Source: Candidatus Helarchaeota archaeon (GTDB lineage Archaea > Asgardarchaeota > Lokiarchaeia > Helarchaeales > RDOG01). From it: a DNA stretch of 41,568 bases. Below, one piece after another: positions 18,903 to 27,079 of the stretch. The stretch covers positions 1-41,568 of the forward strand of contig JAHPZH010000003.1 of assembly GCA_019058315.1 (NCBI GenBank). Reading direction: 5' to 3'. The position numbers and the translations under genes are program-made. Position 1 is the first letter of the stretch, and each line of letters begins with the position of its first letter. The notes under the pieces are model-generated. The model saw only the letters and a program-made list of their open reading frames with translations. It was not told the origin of the DNA and did not search any database.

Positions 18903-19541
18903 ATGTTAGAAGGATTTAATAACTCCATGTATATTCTTAAAAAGAATTATGAAATATTATTTAAAGTTATTGAATTATATAAAAGTAATCCTGAGTACTT
19001 TTTTGATAATGAAAAGAGGGGTGAATTTTTCAACGAGTTTTCGAGATGTCTGCATAATTATTTGGCAAGTATATCTTCTTTAGTCGACCATATCCGGGTT
19101 ATCCGAAAACAATTAAATAATTTAGAATTGGATGAATGGTCTAAATTAAATCTTTCAGAATTAAAAAATAATGATATTATTGTCTTTCTGCAAAATTTAC
19201 GTAATTACACTCAACATTATAAGTTACCATTGGTTAAGGCAACTATTTCGTTCACTCCAGATGGTTCTAAAGCACAAGAAGGAACTATTGATACTAATTT
19301 AGTATTATCAAAGGTAGAATTATTAAAATGGGATTCTTGGGGTGCAAAATCTAGAAAATTCATTGAAAACTCAGAAGAAAATATTGATATGGAAAAATTA
19401 ATTGTTGAATATCAAGAAATTATTTCAAAAAATTATAATGAATTTATTGAAAAGGTTCGTGACTTATACTCAAAACAAATAAAGGAATTTGAAGATATTA
19501 AAGCTGAAATGAAGCGAAAGTTTCATGATACGAGATATTAA
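18903..19541 (+). CDS. HEPN-like protein
   Basis: LHNYLASISSLVDH and LRNYTQH (Rx4H); frame is open upstream to CTG at 18795. Confidence 0.75.
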   Translation: MLEGFNNSMYILKKNYEILFKVIELYKSNPEYFFDNEKRGEFFNEFSRCLHNYLASISSLVDHIRVIRKQLNNLELDEWSKLNLSELKNNDIIVFLQNLRNYTQHYKLPLVKATISFTPDGSKAQEGTIDTNLVLSKVELLKWDSWGAKSRKFIENSEENIDMEKLIVEYQEIISKNYNEFIEKVRDLYSKQIKEFEDIKAEMKRKFHDTRY

Positions 19542-19619
19542 GAAATTGGCGGTGGCACAACGGAAATGCAAAAATACGTTATAGCATCGAAAGAATTAAA
19601 TATTCCTTTAGATCTTTGA
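19521..19619 (+). pseudogene. Orphan 3' end of an acyl-CoA dehydrogenase gene
   Basis: FHDTRY*EIGGGTTEMQKYVIASKELNIPLDL* aligns without gaps to the ACAD C-terminal motif (YRDAKVLEIYEGTSQIQEIIIG in the 35207-36382 gene). Confidence 0.8.
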
Positions 19620-19652
19620 TATTTTTATTAAAAAATAATTTTTGAGGAATTA

Positions 19653-19698
19653 AAATGGAAAATATAAAGGATGAGAATATTGATTTTTGGAAAAATCA
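19653..19698 (+). repeat. Direct repeat copy 2 (start of the intact RNase III gene)
   Basis: Shares a perfect 26-nt core GAGAATATTGATTTTTGGAAAAATCA with 12557-12582. Confidence 0.9.
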
Positions 19699-20059
19699 TG
19701 CAAGTTATGCTTATGAATTTGGAGTAAAATCGAATGAGGCATTAGCTACATTAGGCGACGCAGTAATAGGGTTGATTGTAGTAGAATATTACTATAATCA
19801 AGGGTTAACATGTGGTGAAATAACTATAGAGAAATCAAAACGTGTTTCTGACAAATATTTTGTAAAAATAGCGAAAAAGATTGGATTTGATAAACAATTA
19901 AGGTTAGGCTCGGGCATGGAGAAGCAAGATGGAAGGAATAATGAAAAGATTTTAGAAGAAATTTTTGAAGCATATTTTGGTTTCAAATATCTAACTGAAG
20001 GATTGGAAAAAACTAGAAATTCAGTTATAGACATTTTAGTTAAAAAAAATGAGCCATAA
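19655..20059 (+). CDS. rnc: Ribonuclease III domain protein lacking a dsRBD
   Basis: NEALATLGDAV signature, LEEIFEAYFG; GAGG SD. Confidence 0.8.
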   Translation: MENIKDENIDFWKNHASYAYEFGVKSNEALATLGDAVIGLIVVEYYYNQGLTCGEITIEKSKRVSDKYFVKIAKKIGFDKQLRLGSGMEKQDGRNNEKILEEIFEAYFGFKYLTEGLEKTRNSVIDILVKKNEP

Positions 20060-20078
20060 ATATCTGGAAGATTGAAAT

Positions 20079-20723
20079 ATGTTTTGGGAAAACAAATACA
20101 AAAATGAAAAATTTGTATGGGGAGAAAACCCCAGTGAATTAGGTAAAATAACAGTTCAATATTTAAAAAGTAATAATTTAATTAATAAAAATCTGGAATT
20201 ATTAGATATTGGCTGTGGTTATGGTCGTGATGTATTATACATATCAATGAATATTAATTGTAAGATTTTAGGGATAGATTCTTCTAAAGAGGCAATAATT
20301 CTTGCTAAAAAGAGTAAGAAAAAAGATATAGAATTTCGACATTGCGATTTTAAAGATTTGGATGATACTAAATTTGATATTATTACTAGCTCAAATTTTT
20401 ATCAAATATTAAAAAAACAAGAAAGAAATGCGCTTATTAAAACGATATCAAAAATATTAAAGCCAAATGGGTTATTATTTCTTAGCACACTTTCGGTTAA
20501 TGACCCTGAACATTTTGGTGAGGGAATTCCTATTTCTGGCGAACCTAATTCATATCAAATAGGGACTTACGTCCATTTTTGTACTTATGACGAATTAAAG
20601 AGAGATTTTAATTTTTTAAATATTGAAAAATTATACGAACATGAATATTATGAGCCCCGGGTTACTGGTGATGTTCATCATCATATTTCTTGGATATTAA
20701 TAGGCAAAAATATAGTTACTTAA
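20079..20723 (+). CDS. Class I SAM-dependent methyltransferase
   Basis: LLDIGCGYGRD, GIDSS, LKPNGLLFL. Confidence 0.9.
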   Translation: MFWENKYKNEKFVWGENPSELGKITVQYLKSNNLINKNLELLDIGCGYGRDVLYISMNINCKILGIDSSKEAIILAKKSKKKDIEFRHCDFKDLDDTKFDIITSSNFYQILKKQERNALIKTISKILKPNGLLFLSTLSVNDPEHFGEGIPISGEPNSYQIGTYVHFCTYDELKRDFNFLNIEKLYEHEYYEPRVTGDVHHHISWILIGKNIVT

Positions 20724-20842
20724 TTGGATTTGAGATAATTTAAACTGTTAAAAAGAAAGAATTGTTCTAATTAGTAACTTTATAAGGTACCGTAAATAAA
20801 ATAATTAAAAAGTATAATTTTGAACAATTAGTAAAATTATAA

Positions 20843-21556
20843 ATGAATAATTCATTAAATAATCTTAAAACAAAAATATTAGATGTGAAAAAATTGGGAT
20901 TTCTTGATAAAATAAAAAGAGACCTTAAATACAAGGCAACAAGTAAGACAGGATCAATGACTAGTACAGCAACTAGAGATAGAATACTTAAAAAAGAAGG
21001 CAGAAAGTTTTTTAAAGGACTTAAAAGGAAGATGCTGAGTAGAAAAATAAAAATGAAGCATATTGAAAATTTTGAAGAGTTTAAAGAAAAATTTGAAAAG
21101 GAAGCAGATGATCCAGAAAAAACAGTCTTCTTTTATTTGATTGGGGTGTTAGAATATATAACAGGTGATAAAAAACAGGGAGAACCAATGATTACTTTAA
21201 CGATTAGAAAAGATTATATGCAAGTAGATCCAGTATCACCCTCGGGATTGAAATTACCCCAGGCTGGGGAAGGTTACTTCGTACAACACATGCTTGAAGA
21301 CCCTAATATTGTGAAATCATTCCTGGGTGGTAATCCGGATAATAATTACGAAATCGATAAAGAAGAATTAGTAATGCATTTAGTAGGGAAAGAAGTTAAA
21401 AAGAAACATGCAGTTATTGATATACAAAGTGGCGGAAAAGATTTTTATTCCAGAGTTAAATTACAAAAAAATAAACATGGTATTTGGAAACTCTACGAAA
21501 CTTCATCAATAGCAACTGGCGTCCAAGAAAAGACAGAAGATAAAGACGATTTTTAA
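20843..21556 (+). CDS. Conserved hypothetical protein (DUF6935-like); start may be downstream
   Basis: KSFLGGNPDNNY, IQSGGKD, WKLYETSS; paralogous to 22605-23051. Confidence 0.6.
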   Translation: MNNSLNNLKTKILDVKKLGFLDKIKRDLKYKATSKTGSMTSTATRDRILKKEGRKFFKGLKRKMLSRKIKMKHIENFEEFKEKFEKEADDPEKTVFFYLIGVLEYITGDKKQGEPMITLTIRKDYMQVDPVSPSGLKLPQAGEGYFVQHMLEDPNIVKSFLGGNPDNNYEIDKEELVMHLVGKEVKKKHAVIDIQSGGKDFYSRVKLQKNKHGIWKLYETSSIATGVQEKTEDKDDF

Positions 21557-21621
21557 TATTTTTTTTTAATTTCTATTTTTTTTAATTTTATAAAAGAAAA
21601 AATAAAGAGAAATTTAATTTT

Positions 21622-22470
21622 TTATCTCAATTTATAACTTGGTTCACGTTTTTCGAGGAAAGATAAAACTCCTTCTGGTGCATCTTTTGTACTACCTGTA
21701 ATCACTTGGTTTCTATTCTCAAATAGAATTGCAGATTCAAGAGATGGTGCATCTATGCTTATATTTATTCCCTCTTTTGTTAATCTTAAGCCTAAAGGGC
21801 TTTTATTTAACATACTTTTAGCCATTTCGTCAGCTGCGGACATCAATTCATCATCAGGTACGACTTTAGAAACAAATCCTATTTTCTCTGCTTCTTTTGC
21901 ATCCATAAAGCGACCCGTATAAAGAAGTTCACTTGCACGAGATAATCCAATAAGTCTTGGTAGAAAATAACTACTGCCTAAATCGGTGCCCGAAACTCCA
22001 ATCTTGATAAATGCGTTATTAAAACGTGCGCTTTCGGAGGCTATTCTAATATCTGCGGCCATTGCAATAGTAAAACCTCCTCCTGCAGAAGCTCCATTAA
22101 CAGCAGCAATAATAGGTTGCGGGATTTTTCTCATTTTCAAGATTGTATTTGCAATCCATTTTTGAGCATAAAAATTTGTTTTAATTACATCACCCATATT
22201 CAGGAATTGAAGATGTTTGTATTTCTCAGGAGATTTTGCTTTTCTAATATGAGGAAATTCATTTAGATCTAATCCAGCAGAAAATCCTTTTCCCATTCCA
22301 GTTATAATTAAAACCCGACAATCGAAGTTCCATTCTAAATAATCTAAAATTTCATTGAACTCTTCCAATAATTTAATAGAGAGAGCATTAAGCTTTTTTG
22401 GTCGATTAAGTCGTAATATACTAACACCATTTTCTTTTTCTTCAAATAATATCGTTTCAAATTCTTTCAA
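21622..22470 (-). CDS. Enoyl-CoA hydratase/isomerase family protein
   Basis: LNRPKKLNAL, FSAGLDL, AAVNGASAGGG, ADIRIA. Confidence 0.95.
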   Translation of the reverse strand: MKEFETILFEEKENGVSILRLNRPKKLNALSIKLLEEFNEILDYLEWNFDCRVLIITGMGKGFSAGLDLNEFPHIRKAKSPEKYKHLQFLNMGDVIKTNFYAQKWIANTILKMRKIPQPIIAAVNGASAGGGFTIAMAADIRIASESARFNNAFIKIGVSGTDLGSSYFLPRLIGLSRASELLYTGRFMDAKEAEKIGFVSKVVPDDELMSAADEMAKSMLNKSPLGLRLTKEGINISIDAPSLESAILFENRNQVITGSTKDAPEGVLSFLEKREPSYKLR

Positions 22471-22604
22471 AATATCACCTTCTTAATGATGATTAACTTT
22501 GAAAATAATATTTTAGAAAAGATTAATTATTTTAATCTTCAAAAGGTATAACGAATGAATGAATTGTAATTATAAAAATTATTAATACATTTTATCGAAC
22601 TAAA

Positions 22605-23051
22605 ATGAACTTCACAGAAATTAGAGAAATATGGAAATCTAAATGTAGAGGAGAACCCGAATCTGCCATCGAAGTATATATAATGGGCGTTATACTTTAT
22701 GAAACAAATGAAACTGAGGGAAAAGCTGCATGCTCTTTAGTATTAAATTCCAATTTGACAATTATTGATGAAAAAATTGAGGTAATAGACATTGATATAA
22801 ACCAAAAAGAGAAACAGATTATAGAGAATTTGAAGAAGAATCCTTCTATAATTCGTTCATATATAAAAGACCCGAGTGAATCAACATTATTTCTAAGAAA
22901 AAAAGAAGTTGCCAGATCGAGAGCTAAAATTTTAATAAAATCTAGTTTAAAAAAGACTCCAACTACGTTTTTTTTAGTGAAAGATGATGCGGGATACTGG
23001 AAAATTGTTGAAGGAACATCTTCATTATTAAAAGATATTAAAATAAAGTGA
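22605..23051 (+). CDS. Shorter paralogue of the 20843-21556 protein
   Basis: PESAIEVYIMGVILY / PEKTVFFYLIGVLEY; PSIIRSY / PNIVKSF; GYWKIVEGTSSL / GIWKLYETSSI. Confidence 0.7.
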   Translation: MNFTEIREIWKSKCRGEPESAIEVYIMGVILYETNETEGKAACSLVLNSNLTIIDEKIEVIDIDINQKEKQIIENLKKNPSIIRSYIKDPSESTLFLRKKEVARSRAKILIKSSLKKTPTTFFLVKDDAGYWKIVEGTSSLLKDIKIK

Positions 23052-23166
23052 AAATAAATTAATAGAATAGTAAATAACTATTTAATTAAGAAATTCAATA
23101 TATAAAACAGAAGAAATAAAAATTCATGAGGTTAACTATCACTATTTTTTAAATATTTAAGAATAG

Positions 23167-23631
23167 ATGAATACTATGTTTAAAATTGTTGAGTTAAAAC
23201 TGGATGAGATTGATAAAATAGAGGCCCTAATGAAAAATTTGTGTCTCCATAGAAATCAAGAGTTTGATCCTAAAAGATTTAAAGAGGGGATTGAGAGACG
23301 CTTAAAAAATGACCATGATAAAATTTTTGTTATTAAGAAATTAGAGGAAAACAAAGTAATTGCTATGCTTATTGCTGATTTTGACAAAAACATGTATGAA
23401 GGCTATATTAAATCCGTTATAGTAGATGATGAATATAGAGGTTTAGGCATGGGTGAAAATTTAATTCAAGCAGCTCTTGAATATTTCCAAGATCAAAATG
23501 TAGTAAATATAAAAATTAATGTTGATGAAGCAGAAGCAAGAGCATTCCAGTTATATAGCAAAGTAGGCTTTAAACCAGAATTACTCCCAGAAGAGGAGAA
23601 AGTTAAAGTAATGAAGATTAAACTGGATTAA
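23167..23631 (+). CDS. GNAT family N-acetyltransferase
   Basis: VDDEYRGLGMG, AFQLYSKVGF. Confidence 0.9.
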   Translation: MNTMFKIVELKLDEIDKIEALMKNLCLHRNQEFDPKRFKEGIERRLKNDHDKIFVIKKLEENKVIAMLIADFDKNMYEGYIKSVIVDDEYRGLGMGENLIQAALEYFQDQNVVNIKINVDEAEARAFQLYSKVGFKPELLPEEEKVKVMKIKLD

Positions 23632-23706
23632 TTTTTAGAAGATTTCCTTTAAAAAACTTTAATAATTATGAAATTTCGATAAGTTAAAATCAATAATTAA
23701 AGATAA

Positions 23707-24882
23707 TTATTCTTTTTGCTCAGTTTTTTCCCTAGAAACGCGGGTATTTGCTGGAATATTACATGTAATGAATGAATAAGGGAATATTGTGACATTTTCA
23801 TCAATTTCAGTACCTGGAAGGATTCCACTCCCCGATTCTATCGTAACATTTTTTCCAATTTTCACATCACCTGCTCTTACACGATCTATTAAACCCTCAT
23901 GAGTTAAAATTGCAGAATGTTTTTTAATTACTGCACCATCTTCAATTGTAATTCTTTCAGGCCAAAAACTATCAAAATGTACATCACTTTCAATCGTAAC
24001 ATTTTTTCCTATTTTAATACCTGCTAATCTGAGTAATTGTTTTCTAAATGTATTAGATATATCGGGACTCTTTGCCCATGCCATAAATAAATTAGTCAGT
24101 CCGAACTTTATTGGATTTCCCATCATTTTATGCCAGTCATGTAGAGTATAAGGTTTATCTTCAGTCTTTCTTTTTTCTCCGGGTTTTTTCTTTTTACGCT
24201 CTTCAAATTTAATTCGTTTATTTCCCATCAAACCTCCAGTCATAGTCTTTTGATCAACATCAGAGGTAAGAATACCAGGTTCCACCACAGAATTATTTCC
24301 AATAGTAACACCAGGCAAAATAACCGTTCCAAATGCAAGAAGACAATCCTGACCTAAATTTACATCACCAACATACAATTTACCATCAATTAACTCATGC
24401 GCAAAAATACACGACCCCATACCTAATATTGTATTATCTCCAATGGATATTTTTTCTGGAAAATAAGGGTCTAAAATATTCCCATAAGTAATCATTACTT
24501 TTTTACCAATTTTACCCCCCATATGTCTAAAATGTAAAACCTTAAACTCGGGCAAACCTGTGCTTAAAATATTGAGATTATTTTCTATTTCCATCTTTTT
24601 CAAATTATCTGTTGTCATTTTATTATAATATTCCAACTCTTCTTCTGTAGCTGGTCGAATTTTTCTCTTCCCCTCCTCACCAGCACTCTTTTTTGCATTT
24701 TGATAAAGTTCATTAATTAAATTTTCTTGAGTTTTTTCAATATAATCTTGAATTTCTTTATTTTTACCTCCAGAGGTCTTATCAAAAAAATACGGATTAT
24801 AAAATTTTAATTTTTTTAATAGCGGATACATTTCCACGAGTTTTTTCAAAGAACTCGGAATATCTTCTTCATTATATTCCAT
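23707..24882 (-). CDS. Acyltransferase with two tandem left-handed beta-helix domains
   Basis: Hexapeptide repeats; duplicated DPYFPEKISIG...AHE / DSFWPERITIE...THE. Confidence 0.85.
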   Translation of the reverse strand: MEYNEEDIPSSLKKLVEMYPLLKKLKFYNPYFFDKTSGGKNKEIQDYIEKTQENLINELYQNAKKSAGEEGKRKIRPATEEELEYYNKMTTDNLKKMEIENNLNILSTGLPEFKVLHFRHMGGKIGKKVMITYGNILDPYFPEKISIGDNTILGMGSCIFAHELIDGKLYVGDVNLGQDCLLAFGTVILPGVTIGNNSVVEPGILTSDVDQKTMTGGLMGNKRIKFEERKKKKPGEKRKTEDKPYTLHDWHKMMGNPIKFGLTNLFMAWAKSPDISNTFRKQLLRLAGIKIGKNVTIESDVHFDSFWPERITIEDGAVIKKHSAILTHEGLIDRVRAGDVKIGKNVTIESGSGILPGTEIDENVTIFPYSFITCNIPANTRVSREKTEQKE

Positions 24883-25244
24883 TTTAATCCCATTTTTAAT
24901 TTTAAGAATTCTAATATTAAAATATACTCTTATGTTTGGTGTTATTTTTTTTTAAATGATTTTTATCCATTAATTGTGAAAGTTATTCTGTACTTTATTA
25001 ATAATAATACGTTAAATGATATATTAATAACAATTTGATAAAGATAGAAGAATATTAACGAAACTGATAATTATAAGTGTAAATATTAAATAAATTATAC
25101 AAATTCATGATAAAGAAAAGATAAACGCCAAATCTTTTATATTCCCAACTTTATAATTAGTTAAAAATTTAAATCAATTTTTTTTTTTATATTTTATAAA
25201 TATCAATTAAAAAACAAATATTATAAGATATAAGCTGACATGCC

Positions 25245-26714
25245 ATGCCAAAAATAGAATTTAGAAAAAAATTAACCGATGCGACGACAAGTCGTATAGC
25301 AGTGACTTTCAATGATGTAATATTATTACCGAGTTGGACTTCTATTGAGCCAGAAGAGGCAGATGTTTCGACAAACTTAACTAAGGGACTACAGTTGCGG
25401 GTTCCACTCATATCCAGCCCTATGGACACTGTGACCGAGACCGAGATGGCCATAGCTCTTGCTAGAGAAGGAGGTTTGGGTATTATTCATCGTAACCTTT
25501 CAATTAAAGACCAAGTTGAGATGGTTAATAAAGTCAAGAGAAGTGAAGCTAACATAATAAGAGATGTTATTACTATTCGTGAAAATGAAAAAATACAAGA
25601 TGCTATAGAGATCATGAGAGAAAAAGATGTACACGGACTTCCTGTTATAACTAATGAAAATAAGCTCATCGGAATCTTGACAGGGAGAGATGTTCGTTTC
25701 GCTGACGATAATTTAGAAGTAAAAGATCTTATGACCAAAGATGTTATCACCGCATCTAAAGATATCAGTCCAGAGGATGCAAAGAAAATTTTACATAAAC
25801 ATAGAATTGAAAAACTCCCCGTTATAGAAAAAGATGGATCATTATTTGGACTGATTACGACAAAAGATTTGATGTTGAAAGGAAAATTTCCAAATGCTTC
25901 AAGAGATGAAGAAGGGCGTTTACTTTGTGGTGCAGCAATTTCACCATTCGATCTTGAAAGGGCAAAAGCCTTAGAGGAATTTACAGATGTATTAGTAACC
26001 GATGTATCTCATTTTCACAATAAAAATTGCTTTGATGCTACAAAGAAAATCTTAAAAGAAATATCGGTTCCTTTAATTGTTGGAAATATCGGAACTTATG
26101 AAGCAGCAGTTGATTGTATAACTAAATTGGAAGGAATTATAGGATTTCGCGTAGGAATTGGTAGTGGAAGCATTTGTAGTACCAGTGTTGTCACCAGAGC
26201 GGGATCACCTACACTCTTTGCTACTCTAATGAGTGCAGAAGCCAAAGAAGAATTAGGTTCAGATGTTTCTATCATTGCAGATGGTGGAATTACAAATCCT
26301 GGTGATATTGCTGTTGCGCTTACTGCTGGAGCTTCAGCCGTCATATTAGGAAATATCTTTGCAGGTTGTAAAGAAAGTCCAGGAAGATTAGAATCGTTTG
26401 GAGGACGGTTTTATAAAAGATATTATGGAATGGGTTCTCATGCTGCTCGTCAAAAGAGATTTGCATTAGATAGATATAGCAAACCTTCGAAAGAGATAGA
26501 TGAAGGGGTCGAGGGGTGGGTTGCATATCGCGGGACAGTCCATGAAACTGTTATAAAGTATATTGGCGGCTTAAAAGCGGCAATGGGATATATCGGAGCT
26601 AAAACTATAGAAGAAATGTGGATTAATGGAAAATTTGCTAGTGTAAGTGCAGCAGGAATTAAAGAAACACATCCTCACGATGTATTTTTACCGGGAACTG
26701 AAACACAGAGATAA
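25245..26714 (+). CDS. guaB: IMP dehydrogenase with CBS pair
   Basis: SSPMDTVTE, GIGSGSICST catalytic loop, IADGGI, YYGMGS, EGVEG. Confidence 0.95.
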   Translation: MPKIEFRKKLTDATTSRIAVTFNDVILLPSWTSIEPEEADVSTNLTKGLQLRVPLISSPMDTVTETEMAIALAREGGLGIIHRNLSIKDQVEMVNKVKRSEANIIRDVITIRENEKIQDAIEIMREKDVHGLPVITNENKLIGILTGRDVRFADDNLEVKDLMTKDVITASKDISPEDAKKILHKHRIEKLPVIEKDGSLFGLITTKDLMLKGKFPNASRDEEGRLLCGAAISPFDLERAKALEEFTDVLVTDVSHFHNKNCFDATKKILKEISVPLIVGNIGTYEAAVDCITKLEGIIGFRVGIGSGSICSTSVVTRAGSPTLFATLMSAEAKEELGSDVSIIADGGITNPGDIAVALTAGASAVILGNIFAGCKESPGRLESFGGRFYKRYYGMGSHAARQKRFALDRYSKPSKEIDEGVEGWVAYRGTVHETVIKYIGGLKAAMGYIGAKTIEEMWINGKFASVSAAGIKETHPHDVFLPGTETQR

Positions 26715-26780
26715 ATTTAGATGAATTTTTTTTTGTACTTTTAATTAAAAAAAAAAATTGAAGTATTTTATTCAATATGA

Positions 26781-26996
26781 TTAATCAAAGAGGTGTATAG
26801 TAACACCTATTACCTGTAATATTATCGCAACAAATCCTATTATAATTCCAATAGTACATAATGTTTTATCTTCTTTTCTTCCAAGCCCAATTAAACCCAA
26901 GACTATTCCAGCTATCCCTAGCCACCAACGAAGAATAATGCCAAGTAATGAGAGTAATAAAGATAATATACCAAAAATTGGAGATGCTTTTGCCAT
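26781..26996 (-). CDS. Small membrane protein
   Basis: 71 aa, hydrophobic Gly-rich helices. Confidence 0.8.
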   Translation of the reverse strand: MAKASPIFGILSLLLSLLGIILRWWLGIAGIVLGLIGLGRKEDKTLCTIGIIIGFVAIILQVIGVTIHLFD

Positions 26997-27079
26997 TTTT
27001 ATCCACTTGTCAAATATTTTTTTTAACTCGATAAGATAAAATATACTTAAAAAGTATTTTTTATATAATACCTTTTCAG

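Larger units (their letters stand above)
1..19541. mobile_element. Right-hand part of an integrated accessory/defence island (left boundary outside window)
   Basis: Dense nuclease/toxin-type and orphan genes, patchy GC, no housekeeping genes; ends at an acyl-CoA dehydrogenase 3' remnant, after which host-like genes resume. No integrase seen. Confidence 0.7.

Noticed and set aside
25187-26526. Four short minus-strand ORFs over guaB
   Set aside because: Antisense shadows of a well-supported gene.
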